Shown here piece after piece: positions 36,508 through 46,851 of a DNA stretch of 64,000 nucleotides. The DNA is from a bacterium SCSIO 12643 (lineage in GTDB: Bacteria > Bacteroidota > Bacteroidia > Flavobacteriales_G > Salibacteraceae): contig CP073750.1 of NCBI GenBank assembly GCA_024398135.1, positions 4,022,471 through 4,086,470 on the forward strand, in the 5' to 3' direction. Within the stretch, counting starts at the first letter, position 1. Every line of letters begins with the position of its first letter. The notes under the pieces were generated by a model, which saw only the letters and a program-made list of their open reading frames with translations, ran no database searches and had not been told where the DNA came from. A program made the translations under genes and the position numbers.

Positions 36508-39339
36508 TTGATATTTAAAATTCACACGAAATTAGGGCGAATCAAAACAAATAACTTGCGTATCAACCTTTTAACTAATATTCGATTATATGATAGCAAA
36601 AAATTTGCTTTAATCATCTTTATGCTATTGGGTTTTAATGGGTATTCGCAAGATATCCCCCCTTCCGTTTACTATTTCAATTATTCTGTAAGTGATGGTT
36701 TACCCAGTGCAGAAACATACGATGTATATCACGATTCAAAGGGATATATCTGGGTTGGTACAGATAAAGGTATTGCGCAATACGATGGTCATCGGTTTAA
36801 TGTTTACACTACAAATGACGGTTTAACAGATAATACGGTTTTACAATTTCATCAGGATGTTAAAGACCGCCTATGGATGATTACCTATAATCGCAAACTT
36901 TGCTACCTGGAAGATGGAGATTTTTTACCGTACGAATACAATGACACAATTGTTAAATACCTGTCTGAATACTACTTAGGCAATACCATTACAAATTTCA
37001 CTATTGACTCTAAAAACAATGTGCATCTCGATCTGACCAACTTCATTAGCCTGGATATTGACTCCAATGGAACTGCCCGCATTTTTGAGTCTAGTTACAA
37101 ACCGGAAATACAGACTATTTTCGAGAACATTTCATCTATCCCCTCGATTTTAGAACAATCAAACTATATTCTAAACTTGAATTATTTCAAACGCAAATTC
37201 ACAGTAAAGAATCATCGAGGAGAACTCATAAACATTTATAAAAGAACAAAACACACCATAGTTTCTGGAAGTGATGGCGTACACTTTTATGACCCCATAT
37301 CCTTCCAAATCAAAAAGTCTATCTTAAGTCAATATTCAATTACCGGAATCTCTTCCGATTTTGAATCCGGATATTGGTTCTCCACGCTAAACTCCGGTAT
37401 CATTTACGTGCCTAATCTTAATATCACCTTTTACTCCACTAAAAATGAAGGGATGAGTTCTAACATCCATTATGTCATTCCTCAAAACCAAAACATCATT
37501 TTCGGATTTACAGATATGAGTCAATATGAAATAGATCAAAAATCTCGAAATCTTAAACGCGTATCTAAAGAACTAAACGTTTCTAAAGTTCCAAATAAAA
37601 TCCATAAAATTGGGATAAAATTTGAATATGCGACTAGACTCCCTCCTCTTAAACCTACCAGTAGAGCTATCTTAAAACTTCAACCCAATTTAATTTTATA
37701 CGCACCACACAATTCTGGGTTAAGCTTCTGGAATATTGAAAAATCTCAGGAAGAAAAAGAAAAACATATAGACTCACCAAAAATCAATAAAATATTCAAG
37801 GACTATAAGAATAACATTTGGACAGGAACCAAGTCTGGCTTGTACAAACTTGATACCATTAAAAATGTTTTAGAACTACAAACCAACCACTCTTTACTGC
37901 AAAATATAGCTGTACAGGATATCACGGAGACATCCGATTCTGTTATTATTATTGCAACTCGCGTAAATGGACTATTACTCAAATACCAAAGCTCAATAAT
38001 CTCATATAGAACTAATAATGGATTATTAAGCAATACGATTAATCAGATAATTTTTGACTCAACGCATCAAATTCTTTGGGTTGCCACAAACAAAGGTGTC
38101 AACGGTTTAAAATGGAAAAACAAATCGTTTACCAAAAGCTACAAACTTTCCACAAATAGCGGGATCAACTCTCCAGATATTCGCCATATTTGGATACAAT
38201 CTGACACATTGTTTTTAGCTTCAAATTCTGGGGTTTCTTTTATAAAATATGATGATTTAGACAAAAACAATTCTCCTCCCAAAATCTATATCAAGAATAT
38301 TTTAATCAACAATATTCCAACAGATCAATTTGTTAACCCAATTCTCTCACCCCATCAAAACAATTTAAACTTCCAATTTCAAGGAATCTCCTATCATTCG
38401 TTTAATAGTATCCAATACAAATACAAACTAGCCGGTTTGGATTCAAACTGGCAAACTTCAAAAAATCCTGATCTTCATTATTTAGCCATCCCTCCAGGAA
38501 AATACACATTAAGAATAAAAGCCATTAACGTAGATGGCATAGAAAGCGAATCTATTCAAATCCCATTTACCATTCTAACTCCTTTTTGGAAAACCTGGTG
38601 GTTTACTTTTCTTACTATATGTTTTGTTGTCACGGTTACAGTAATCATAGTAAGGCGTCAATTTGTTAAACACAAAGCAAAAGCCAAACTTCAAATTGAC
38701 CTACAAAAGTTTAAAGCCATGAATTTACAATCCAAAATGAACCCTCATTTCATTTTTAATTCTTTAAATTCCATTCAGCATTTTATTATGGCTAACAATA
38801 CTGAAAAAGCTAATGACTATCTTTTAGATTTTTCTGCACTAATCCGGCAAGTACTTAAAAACTCCGATTCTCCTGAAATTACTCTGATTAATGAAATAGA
38901 CACGATTCAACTCTACATAGATTTAGAGCTTAAAAGACTAAATGGGTCCTTTGATTTTAAAATTGAAATTGGCCCGGATATTGATGAAAATAAATGCCTC
39001 ATTCCTGCTCTATTGATTCAACCATATGTGGAAAATGCTATATGGCATGGAAAATTACATCAAACTACAAATGGGATGGTGATTATAAGAATAAAAAAAC
39101 AAGAAGAGACATTGTATTTTGAAATTGAAGATAACGGTGTAGGCTACTATAAAACAACACTAAAAAAGACATCCAAATCTTATGGAACCGGGGTAACTAA
39201 AGAAAGAATTAAATTAATTACTTCTTTAAATACTAAATTATCTGAAGTTACGATATTAAAAGCACAGAACCTAGAATGTACTAAGCCATATGAAGGCACT
39301 TTAATAAAATTTAATTTACCGTATAAACTAGCTACTTAA
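36508..39339 (+). CDS. Large sensor kinase: periplasmic two-component-regulator beta-propeller repeats + Y_Y_Y domain + TM + LytS-type His_kinase domain
   Basis: Repeated 'G...W.GT..GL..YD' propeller units; TM 'WWFTFLTICFVVTVTVIIV'; 'MNPHFIFNSLNSIQHF'. The start codon is uncertain: the ORF opens with TTG, and the first in-frame ATG is at 36625. Confidence 0.8.
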   Translation: MIFKIHTKLGRIKTNNLRINLLTNIRLYDSKKFALIIFMLLGFNGYSQDIPPSVYYFNYSVSDGLPSAETYDVYHDSKGYIWVGTDKGIAQYDGHRFNVYTTNDGLTDNTVLQFHQDVKDRLWMITYNRKLCYLEDGDFLPYEYNDTIVKYLSEYYLGNTITNFTIDSKNNVHLDLTNFISLDIDSNGTARIFESSYKPEIQTIFENISSIPSILEQSNYILNLNYFKRKFTVKNHRGELINIYKRTKHTIVSGSDGVHFYDPISFQIKKSILSQYSITGISSDFESGYWFSTLNSGIIYVPNLNITFYSTKNEGMSSNIHYVIPQNQNIIFGFTDMSQYEIDQKSRNLKRVSKELNVSKVPNKIHKIGIKFEYATRLPPLKPTSRAILKLQPNLILYAPHNSGLSFWNIEKSQEEKEKHIDSPKINKIFKDYKNNIWTGTKSGLYKLDTIKNVLELQTNHSLLQNIAVQDITETSDSVIIIATRVNGLLLKYQSSIISYRTNNGLLSNTINQIIFDSTHQILWVATNKGVNGLKWKNKSFTKSYKLSTNSGINSPDIRHIWIQSDTLFLASNSGVSFIKYDDLDKNNSPPKIYIKNILINNIPTDQFVNPILSPHQNNLNFQFQGISYHSFNSIQYKYKLAGLDSNWQTSKNPDLHYLAIPPGKYTLRIKAINVDGIESESIQIPFTILTPFWKTWWFTFLTICFVVTVTVIIVRRQFVKHKAKAKLQIDLQKFKAMNLQSKMNPHFIFNSLNSIQHFIMANNTEKANDYLLDFSALIRQVLKNSDSPEITLINEIDTIQLYIDLELKRLNGSFDFKIEIGPDIDENKCLIPALLIQPYVENAIWHGKLHQTTNGMVIIRIKKQEETLYFEIEDNGVGYYKTTLKKTSKSYGTGVTKERIKLITSLNTKLSEVTILKAQNLECTKPYEGTLIKFNLPYKLAT

Positions 39340-39341
39340 TA

Positions 39342-40049
39342 ATGGGTCACACACATACTGCTGTTATAATTGATGACGAATTACATGCCGCGAATAACCT
39401 GGAGCTTATTCTAAACAAATATTGCCCGCAAGTTTCCGTAATAGGAAAGGCGCATACGCTTAGCGATGGTTATCGACTTATTTCCAGAAATGAGCCACAA
39501 ATTGTTTTTTTAGACATCTCGTTATCAGCAGATGAAACCGGGTTTGATCTCATTGATTTACTTCCTCAAAAAAATTTCCATGTCATATTTGTTACTGCAC
39601 ATGATAACTTTGGAATGGAAGCATTAAAAAGGCATGCTTTTGATTACATTCTCAAACCTATTGATTATCGTGAATTGGTTAAATGCATCCATGACTTAAC
39701 GAAAGTGACGCAAAAAGCCAAATCCAACAAACCTAAACTCATCCCTATTCCCTCTTTAGACGGAACTCACCTTATTCATCCTTCAGATATTTTATTTTGC
39801 CAGGCCGATGGTAGTTATACTAAGTTTTATTTAGAGGGTAATAAATCGTTAATTCTATCTAAGTCTATAAAACACGCGGAACAACTTCTGGTTTCCAATG
39901 AATTTCTACGTATTCATAGATCATATATCATCAATACGTCAAAGGTTAATAAACTGCATACCCATGATGGGAAATATGTTGAAATTCAATCTCATATTAT
40001 TCCTATTTCCAAATCCAACCTGGAAAAACTCTCTCAATTGTACTTATAA
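39342..40049 (+). CDS. LytTR-family response regulator
   Basis: 'VIIDDELHAANNL...FLDISLS...VTAHDNFGMEALK...YILKP' plus LytTR C-terminus; 2-bp gap after the kinase. Confidence 0.85.
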   Translation: MGHTHTAVIIDDELHAANNLELILNKYCPQVSVIGKAHTLSDGYRLISRNEPQIVFLDISLSADETGFDLIDLLPQKNFHVIFVTAHDNFGMEALKRHAFDYILKPIDYRELVKCIHDLTKVTQKAKSNKPKLIPIPSLDGTHLIHPSDILFCQADGSYTKFYLEGNKSLILSKSIKHAEQLLVSNEFLRIHRSYIINTSKVNKLHTHDGKYVEIQSHIIPISKSNLEKLSQLYL

Positions 40050-40051
40050 GA

Positions 40052-40107
40052 TTCATTTATGAATTGAAACTAAACCTTCATGAAGTCACCCTATCAATTC
40101 ATGAAGT
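40052..40107. promoter_or_regulatory. Array of palindromic TTCAT(N0-2)ATGAA boxes; TTCATGAAGT x2 with exactly 21-bp periodicity (candidate LytTR operator upstream of the T9SS cargo gene)
   Basis: Boxes at 40052-40063 (TTCATTTATGAA), 40077-40086 and 40098-40107 (TTCATGAAGT); downstream of the regulator stop and ~150 bp upstream of the 40260 ATG. Confidence 0.4.
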
Positions 40108-40259
40108 AGTGCCCACATTTAGTTTTCATAGCCCATACATTGCAGTAGCTAATTTTAACATTAGGTTACTAAATCGGGTTAACCTCCCATTATGACTACA
40201 ATTGGAGCATGCGGAAAATCCCAAAAAGAGTACGCTACCTATATTTTTAAATTAACATT

Positions 40260-41792
40260 ATGAAAACTAAAAACTTAATCTCGGCTTTTATTGGAGCCTT
40301 TATTTTACTATCTCAAGTTTCTTTTGGACAAATATCCAATGGAACCTTTTCAAATGGAAACACCGACTTTACAAGTGAATACTTGCAGCAATCATCTCCT
40401 TTTCAAGGTGAATATGATATTGTTACAACCAGCTATGGAATCAGTGGATGGAATGTATTTTCAGGTAATGGGAAATTCATGATAATTGATGGATATAATG
40501 ATGAAGATGCGCCCAAAATAGTTTGGGAAATGTCCAACACATTTACGGCAACGACAAGTAATTATACGTTTAATTATGATATAATTACAAGAATATTCAG
40601 TGGACAACCAATGGATATAGATTTAACCATAGAACTTGTCAACAATTCTACAAACGCTGTTGAATATAGTGTCAATAAGGATGAAGGTCAACTTAATATC
40701 TGGACATCAAGAAACACTAACCTCCCATGTACCATAGGAAACATTTACAGAATAAGAATTGTCCAACGAAACACTAATGAACAATTCAATGATTTTGCCT
40801 TAGACAATATTTCAATGTGTGAAGGCTTAAATAACCCTTCATTTACTATAAACGATGAAAATGACAATCCATTAAACATCTGTAATTCACATGATATCAG
40901 ACTTAATATCACTAAAGACCCTAATGCAACTAATTACTTCGTATCAATTTTAGACCTAACAACGCAAACAGAACATATGAGATGGTTAACCAGCAATGAA
41001 ATGACCCAATCTGGATTAGCCAACTTCAATCTGACACAAATGGCAGCCAATTCTGCCTATTCATCAATAAATCCTCTCACTTCTTCTCCAAACATGCCAT
41101 TAATCATTGGACGATGTTATTCGGTAAAAGTTGTTGCTCAGAATGAATGTTCTTCATGGGTCTCTACGATTCGTGAATTTTGCCTTGGTGAAGAGTGTAA
41201 TGTCCATTCCAGAATAAGTATGGAAGACTTATGTAATCCGATTCGTTTATATGCGGCTGGAGCATCATCAGGAACTAGTTATTTCTGGAGTTTTGGAGAT
41301 GGGACATCATCTACATTACAAAACCCAGTACATCAATATGCGCAATCAGGAACCTATACTATTACTCTTCTGGTACATAAAAACACCCTATGCGGTACAT
41401 GTTGTGACGCAACATCCATGGAAGTTAATATCAATTGTGGCGAATTTAACGGAGAAACATTAACCTGGGCAGCTGGCGGCAAGGAATTCAAAACTGTTCC
41501 TACTGGTGCAATTAATACCGAAGAAGGAGAAACTGATGACTTCAAAGTTTACCCTAACCCAGCGAACGAACAAACACAAATTTCTTTTCTTTTAGATCAA
41601 AAAGAAACAGTTAGCTTGATGATTTATAATAGTACCGGCAAACTTATTTCAACGATTGTAAATCAATCTGTACTTGCAGAAGGTCCTGCAAAATTCGATA
41701 TCAACACAAGTACTCTACCGGCAGGAATGTATCACGTAATTCTTACTACGGAAACACAGCGCCAAACCAGATCTTTTACGATAACCAAATAA
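40260..41792 (+). CDS. Secreted protein with PKD domain and T9SS type-A C-terminal sorting domain
   Basis: Signal peptide; PKD 'YFWSFGDGTSSTLQNPVHQYAQSGTYTITL'; CTD 'FKVYPNPANEQTQISF...LPAGMYHVILTTE'. Confidence 0.8.
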   Translation: MKTKNLISAFIGAFILLSQVSFGQISNGTFSNGNTDFTSEYLQQSSPFQGEYDIVTTSYGISGWNVFSGNGKFMIIDGYNDEDAPKIVWEMSNTFTATTSNYTFNYDIITRIFSGQPMDIDLTIELVNNSTNAVEYSVNKDEGQLNIWTSRNTNLPCTIGNIYRIRIVQRNTNEQFNDFALDNISMCEGLNNPSFTINDENDNPLNICNSHDIRLNITKDPNATNYFVSILDLTTQTEHMRWLTSNEMTQSGLANFNLTQMAANSAYSSINPLTSSPNMPLIIGRCYSVKVVAQNECSSWVSTIREFCLGEECNVHSRISMEDLCNPIRLYAAGASSGTSYFWSFGDGTSSTLQNPVHQYAQSGTYTITLLVHKNTLCGTCCDATSMEVNINCGEFNGETLTWAAGGKEFKTVPTGAINTEEGETDDFKVYPNPANEQTQISFLLDQKETVSLMIYNSTGKLISTIVNQSVLAEGPAKFDINTSTLPAGMYHVILTTETQRQTRSFTITK

Positions 41793-41807
41793 TGACTTAA
41801 TCAAAAA

Positions 41808-41835
41808 AGCGAATCCAAATTGGATTCGCTTTTTA
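41808..41835 (+). terminator. Rho-independent terminator (stem AGCGAATCCA/TGGATTCGCT, loop AAT, T5)
   Basis: Read directly: 'aaaaaagcgaatccaaattggattcgcttttta'. Confidence 0.8.
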
Positions 41836-41938
41836 TACCCTAAGCAAAGAAAGCACCAACCTGGCACTCTCTTCACTGCTTAAGTGTATCGTAGGTGGTT
41901 ACAATCAACCATTCTTCACTCACATTATCATAGAATGA

Positions 41939-42463
41939 TCAATTGAATATTTGTTTAATCGCGTTTCTCGATAATTGTAAATCCATAAACTCCAGATGTT
42001 CTACAATGGTTTGATGGGAACCAAACTTTATATAAACAGGCTCAATATCTGTGTTTATAGATATGAAGAATCCCTCTTCAGCTATTGAAATTGATTTGAT
42101 GGGTTGCACTGTAATATCATCCACTACCCTAAAACCTGCGTAAATTATCTTTTTATCTGCATAAAAATATTCTAAACAATCTCCGGATATTCTCCTATTT
42201 CCAGGTCTGTGTTTGGCCAACCATTTCTCATATCCTTGTGGCTTGCTGATAAGTTTATTCTTCCCGTTGGTATGCACAAACATTCCCAAATGAATTTTTA
42301 AATTCAACAATTTTGAGTAATAATATGTAGCCAAAATGTACTCATCCTTGTTTAATTCTCTTTTGGCTAATCTCAGAAACATCCTTTGGGTAAACTCTCT
42401 CATGGATATTTGCACTTTCAAATCTGTTTTATCGGATTTTTTATTTAGGTTGACTCCATTCAT
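41939..42463 (-). CDS. Hypothetical protein (174 aa)
   Basis: ORF only; 28-bp gap to the upstream 110-aa ORF on the same strand. Confidence 0.35.
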   Translation of the reverse strand: MNGVNLNKKSDKTDLKVQISMREFTQRMFLRLAKRELNKDEYILATYYYSKLLNLKIHLGMFVHTNGKNKLISKPQGYEKWLAKHRPGNRRISGDCLEYFYADKKIIYAGFRVVDDITVQPIKSISIAEEGFFISINTDIEPVYIKFGSHQTIVEHLEFMDLQLSRNAIKQIFN

Positions 42464-42491
42464 AACTCTAAATTTTGATAGGATTAAACAA

Positions 42492-42824
42492 TTATTTCTT
42501 CATCTGCTTCTTTACCTGTATAACCTCATATTCATTATCAGGTGATCTTTTTACCGAGTAGTTTTTTAAGCCATCCGGAGTACTATCCAGTAACATAGCA
42601 ATAACATCTAACTTTCCACAGGGTATATCCTGCTTACTCTCCATGGTGATATGACAATAGGAATGAAAAGCTGTTCTGCTAATGTTGTTTACTTGTAGAG
42701 CTATATTAAATGAACGTTTCTTTTTGGCGGATAAATTATCATACAGTTTACGAATGCTAAACTTATACCGTGTGGTTCCTCTAAAAGCTAATGTGCGCGG
42801 TTTTACTATGGTTTTTTTAGGCAT
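42492..42824 (-). CDS. Hypothetical basic protein (110 aa)
   Basis: ORF only; Lys/Arg-rich N-terminus. Confidence 0.35.
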   Translation of the reverse strand: MPKKTIVKPRTLAFRGTTRYKFSIRKLYDNLSAKKKRSFNIALQVNNISRTAFHSYCHITMESKQDIPCGKLDVIAMLLDSTPDGLKNYSVKRSPDNEYEVIQVKKQMKK

Positions 42825-42956
42825 AATTTTATATTTGTTCTGTATTCGGATTCAGAATACCGACACAAATGTAATATTTATTTCATAATGAAACTAATAT
42901 TGCATTTATGTTTCTGCCTATTTTTTGAATTTTATTTTTTAAATACCTGTATCATA

Positions 42957-43283
42957 ATGGATTACAACAGCATTAAACTCCGCATCAAACAACTTCTAAA
43001 AGCACGATCCATTACATCTAAACAAATGGCTGAAGATATAGGTTATACACCTCAAGGCTATCGCGGTTGGTTCTTAAATAAAACACTTCGCGTTCAAACT
43101 ATTTTTGACATTGCAGAGTATCTAAGTGTAGATCCGCGCCTGATCCTTTTTGGAGAGAATTCACCATCCGTTCATTCCGCAAGTGAAGACAGAGATCGTT
43201 ATGCGCCACAATACATTGAGGATCGTATCTCTGAGCTTGAGGAAAAAGTGCAACAATTAGAATCGCGCATTGCACCAGAATAA
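42957..43283 (+). CDS. Small HTH-like DNA-binding protein with C-terminal coiled coil (paralog A)
   Basis: Start taken at 'MDYNSIKLRIKQLLKARSITSKQMAEDIGYTPQGYRGWF'; roughly 45-50% identical, by eye, to the gene at 43494; C-terminus 'IEDRISELEEKVQQLESRI'. Confidence 0.5.
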   Translation: MDYNSIKLRIKQLLKARSITSKQMAEDIGYTPQGYRGWFLNKTLRVQTIFDIAEYLSVDPRLILFGENSPSVHSASEDRDRYAPQYIEDRISELEEKVQQLESRIAPE

Positions 43284-43493
43284 AACTTCAACAACTACAT
43301 CATTTAAATTGCTTTCACCCTTCAATAATACAACATTTATTTCATATTAACCTTAAAAACCAACGTTCGTTACCAAACTTAATCTATATTTGTTCTGAAT
43401 ATAGTTTCTGTTTTTAGACCAAAAACTTATCAATTCATTGTAATATCTAAAATACAGGCTCAATTTATTGAGCATATTTATAATCATTTTTTT

Positions 43494-43814
43494 ATGGATT
43501 ATCTCAAGATAAAAGATCGAATCACACAAATTCTTAAAATAAAAGGACTTACAACAAAACAGATGGCCTCTGATTTAGGGTTTACTCCTCAGGGTTATCG
43601 GTTATGGTTTGTAGAAGGCACTCTTAGAGTTAGAACAGTGATAGATATCTCTCAGTATTTAGACATTGATCCTGCTGACTTATTATTTCCTCCTTTTGAA
43701 GATTCTATCCCAGTATTTTATGAGGCGAGACCGTCTTATAAAAACTCTTATGTAGAAGATAGAATTTCAACTCTGGAACGAAGAGTTCAATTACTAGAAA
43801 AATCAATTGAATAG
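43494..43814 (+). CDS. Small HTH-like DNA-binding protein with C-terminal coiled coil (paralog B)
   Basis: 'MDYLKIKDRITQILKIKGLTTKQMASDLGFTPQGYRLWF...VEDRISTLERRVQLLEKSI'. Confidence 0.5.
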   Translation: MDYLKIKDRITQILKIKGLTTKQMASDLGFTPQGYRLWFVEGTLRVRTVIDISQYLDIDPADLLFPPFEDSIPVFYEARPSYKNSYVEDRISTLERRVQLLEKSIE

Positions 43815-44052
43815 TAAATGAATTTTTAATACTTTGAAGCTCTAACAAAATCAACACTATACTACTAATTATGAGACACAATTACTGACTTAATCTGGAT
43901 TATAAAACGGAATAGGTAATTTTACACATTTACCAAAATACGTATAAACACGTATTTTAATTCCAATATTTTTTATTTCTATTTGTCACAGATCGCACCA
44001 AAAACTGGTGCCACACTATACTAATATTATTAACTTATTCAAATCACACACT

Positions 44053-44742
44053 ATGAGTAATGAAAACAATTTGAATCAAATCAGGGAAGGTCTTGCCCGA
44101 TGGAAAAGTGACCGTTGTAATGTAGCCACAGCTACTTCCCTACTAAACCAGGGGAACAATCTTATCATCCCACGTGCAGTTTACGAAAACTGGAGTGATG
44201 ATGCAACCAATGTTCACATCTATCTTGCCGTAAGCACCTCCGGTGAATTGGAATTCTATGTAATCGATGCTTTTCACGATTATCAGGGTAATGTTCCTGT
44301 AGACAGATTAGCCGATTATGCAACAAAATGCACCTACAATAATGGGCTTAATCCTATGGCTACGATTCCACATTTTGAAAATCAAGAAAATCCAAATCCG
44401 GATGCTTTAACCCCTCAAGAAGGTTTAGAGTATTTTTTCAGATGGGAAATGAACAAAAACAGCTGGTTACAACAAAACGTTGTTACCAACCCGACACCGG
44501 AGAATCCAGGGATTTTCCAGCTTTTCATCGTACCAATGCAAGATTTCAAGTATATTTTCGATGATTTGGTTAATGAAAATGCAATTATGACCATTTCATT
44601 AAAAGAAGATAATACACCAGACATGGTATGTTGGGGTGATGCGTTTAAGAAATTTGAAACTTTAGCGGATGTATCTCTTGTGGCTCCTCCATTCCATAAT
44701 GGAAGTCTGGTAGAGTATCAGTTAATTGTAGGCGTGAATTAA
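44053..44742 (+). CDS. Hypothetical protein (start uncertain; ORF opens at 44008)
   Basis: ORF only. Confidence 0.35.
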   Translation: MSNENNLNQIREGLARWKSDRCNVATATSLLNQGNNLIIPRAVYENWSDDATNVHIYLAVSTSGELEFYVIDAFHDYQGNVPVDRLADYATKCTYNNGLNPMATIPHFENQENPNPDALTPQEGLEYFFRWEMNKNSWLQQNVVTNPTPENPGIFQLFIVPMQDFKYIFDDLVNENAIMTISLKEDNTPDMVCWGDAFKKFETLADVSLVAPPFHNGSLVEYQLIVGVN

Positions 44743-44751
44743 TATTTTTCA

Positions 44752-46184
44752 ATGCTTAATACAGTAATGACATATCTAACCTTAATTGCTCCAGCTGTGC
44801 TTACAGTTGGAGTAATTTTGGGTTTAATCAAATATTCCAAAGCGGGTAATAAAGAGAAACTTATTCTGGTATATCTGACTTTAGCGCTTGTATTGGAAAT
44901 CACCTCTCGTTACTGGTTTATTACATCAAATCACAATCTGTTTATTCTTTCTATATCCACGTTTGTCGAATTTGTATTTTTCTCCATTTTATATCAAAAG
45001 TTCTTTTTCTTAGAGCCAAAAAAATGGATCAATTACGGACTTCTTGCGTTCTCGTTCTATCTCATTTACACGTTAATTTCTTTATCTTTTCATATTCCAA
45101 TGATCAATGGGGAGCCATCGGATTTTAACGAATTCAATTTATACCACAGACTTTTAGCTGATAGTGTAATCTTACTACTATCTTTCTTATACATTAAGGA
45201 AACACTAACCTCAGAATCTATAATTCCGCTACGCGAATACACCACAAATACCATCATAATTTTATATCTCATTGTAGATATGTTTATGTCATTAACCATA
45301 AAATTTATGGTAAACGAAAACGTATCGTTAGTATTCTTCTTTTGGGCCTTGCGTTTAGTCTTTCTTTTATTACTATACGTTAACCTAATTTTGACGGTAT
45401 GGCAGAATGGCAGACAGCAGAAACTCAAGCAATTTGGCTAGCAGTAGGCTTAGGATTTATATTGGTTCTTATTGGCTTCTTCATTATGTTCACCCGAATC
45501 TACCTCAGAAAGCGGATGAGCGATACCAGGAGAATTGCAAATATGCAGGTGGAACATCAAAAGAAACTCCTAAGCGATAGTATCAAAGTCCAAGAAATTG
45601 AACGCGAAAGAATTGCAGCAGATCTACATGATGAGCTGATCTCAAAACTCAACATTGTTATGCTTCTTACGTATTCAAATAAAAGTACTACCAACAATAA
45701 AGATGCTGCTGATTTGCTCAAATATTGTATTGATGCTGCCAGACGAATTTCTCATGATTTAAGTCCTCCACTGATTAATGAAAACAAATTTCTGGAGTTT
45801 GTAGAAGATATGATTTCGCATTACAGAAAGGCTTTTAAAATCAATTATTACGTTTCGGAACATGAAGAAATAGAAGTTGAAAGCAATATGAAGCTTCAAT
45901 TGATCCGAATTATGCAGGAAGTTTTAAACAATATTTTAAAACACGCAGAGGCAAATACCATAAATTTTATGGTACGCATTACTTCAAATGCAATGGGCAT
46001 TATCATCAAAGATGATGGAATTGGTTTTGATACAGACACTCATAAATCGGGACTTGGATTAAGTAATATTGAAATGCGAACACAAATGCTTAACGGAAAA
46101 TATAAACTCCGCTCCAGGCTCAATAAAGGAACGTCTTATTTCTTTCTTTTTTTACCACAAACAATCAATCAAAATGAAAAGTAA
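44752..46184 (+). pseudogene. Membrane sensor histidine kinase (multi-TM sensor + HisKA_3 + HATPase), split into two overlapping ORFs by an 8-bp tandem duplication frameshift
   Basis: ORF 44752-45441 (multi-TM) and ORF 45399-46184 ('ERERIAADLHDELISKL' HisKA_3, HATPase 'DDGIGFD...GLGLSNIEMR') overlap out of frame. ATGGCAGA occurs twice in tandem at 45399-45406 and 45407-45414, and deleting one copy joins the two frames. Confidence 0.6.
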
Positions 46185-46851
46185 AATCAATATTGCCATT
46201 GTAGATGACGAAATCCTCATCGTTCAGCTACTGGCCGAATATTTCAGTCGACAAATGGACATTAATGTTTGCCTGACTGCATATGGAGGAAATGAATTCA
46301 TGAAGAAACTCAATGAGGTAGACATTATACCTGATGTTGTTCTTCTGGATTTGAGAATGAAGGATGAAGAAGGCGTTAAAATAGGCGGAGAGCTCAAAGA
46401 AAAATATCCGGATATTAAAGTCATCATTATTTCATCCTACTACCAAAAATCTTTTATTGGTTATATGGTTCGAAATGGCATTGATGCTTTTCTACCAAAG
46501 GGTTTAAACCCAGATGATTTAAAAGAAATCATTAAAACGGTAATGACTAAAGGCCACTATTTTACAAAAGAACATGTTGAGGTGATGCGTCATCAAATTG
46601 CTGGAAACGCACCAAAACCCAAGTTTGACAGCAACGTACTCTCTGAACGTGAAAAAGAAGTTTTACTTGCCATTTGTAGACAGTCTACTGCTCAGGAAAT
46701 TGCTGATCAGTTATTTATCACACGTAGAACTGTTGAAGGACACAAAAACAGTTTAATGGCCAAGACGGGTGCGCGTAACAGTGCAGGATTAGTTATTTAC
46801 GCCATTCAATACGAAATATTCAACCCAAATGAGTTGATGTTTTTCTGTTAA
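46174..46851 (+). CDS. NarL/FixJ-family response regulator (REC + LuxR-type HTH)
   Basis: 'KINIAIVDDEILIV...LLDLRMKDEEG' plus 'LSEREKEVLLAICRQSTAQEIADQLFITRRTVEGHKNSLMAKTG'; start taken at the internal Met, overlapping the kinase stop. Confidence 0.85.
   Translation: MKSKINIAIVDDEILIVQLLAEYFSRQMDINVCLTAYGGNEFMKKLNEVDIIPDVVLLDLRMKDEEGVKIGGELKEKYPDIKVIIISSYYQKSFIGYMVRNGIDAFLPKGLNPDDLKEIIKTVMTKGHYFTKEHVEVMRHQIAGNAPKPKFDSNVLSEREKEVLLAICRQSTAQEIADQLFITRRTVEGHKNSLMAKTGARNSAGLVIYAIQYEIFNPNELMFFC

Noticed and set aside
44752-45441. Treating the multi-TM ORF as an independent membrane-protein gene
   Set aside because: The 8-bp tandem duplication at 45399-45414 explains both the stop and the overlap. 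A single frameshifted sensor kinase is the more parsimonious reading.
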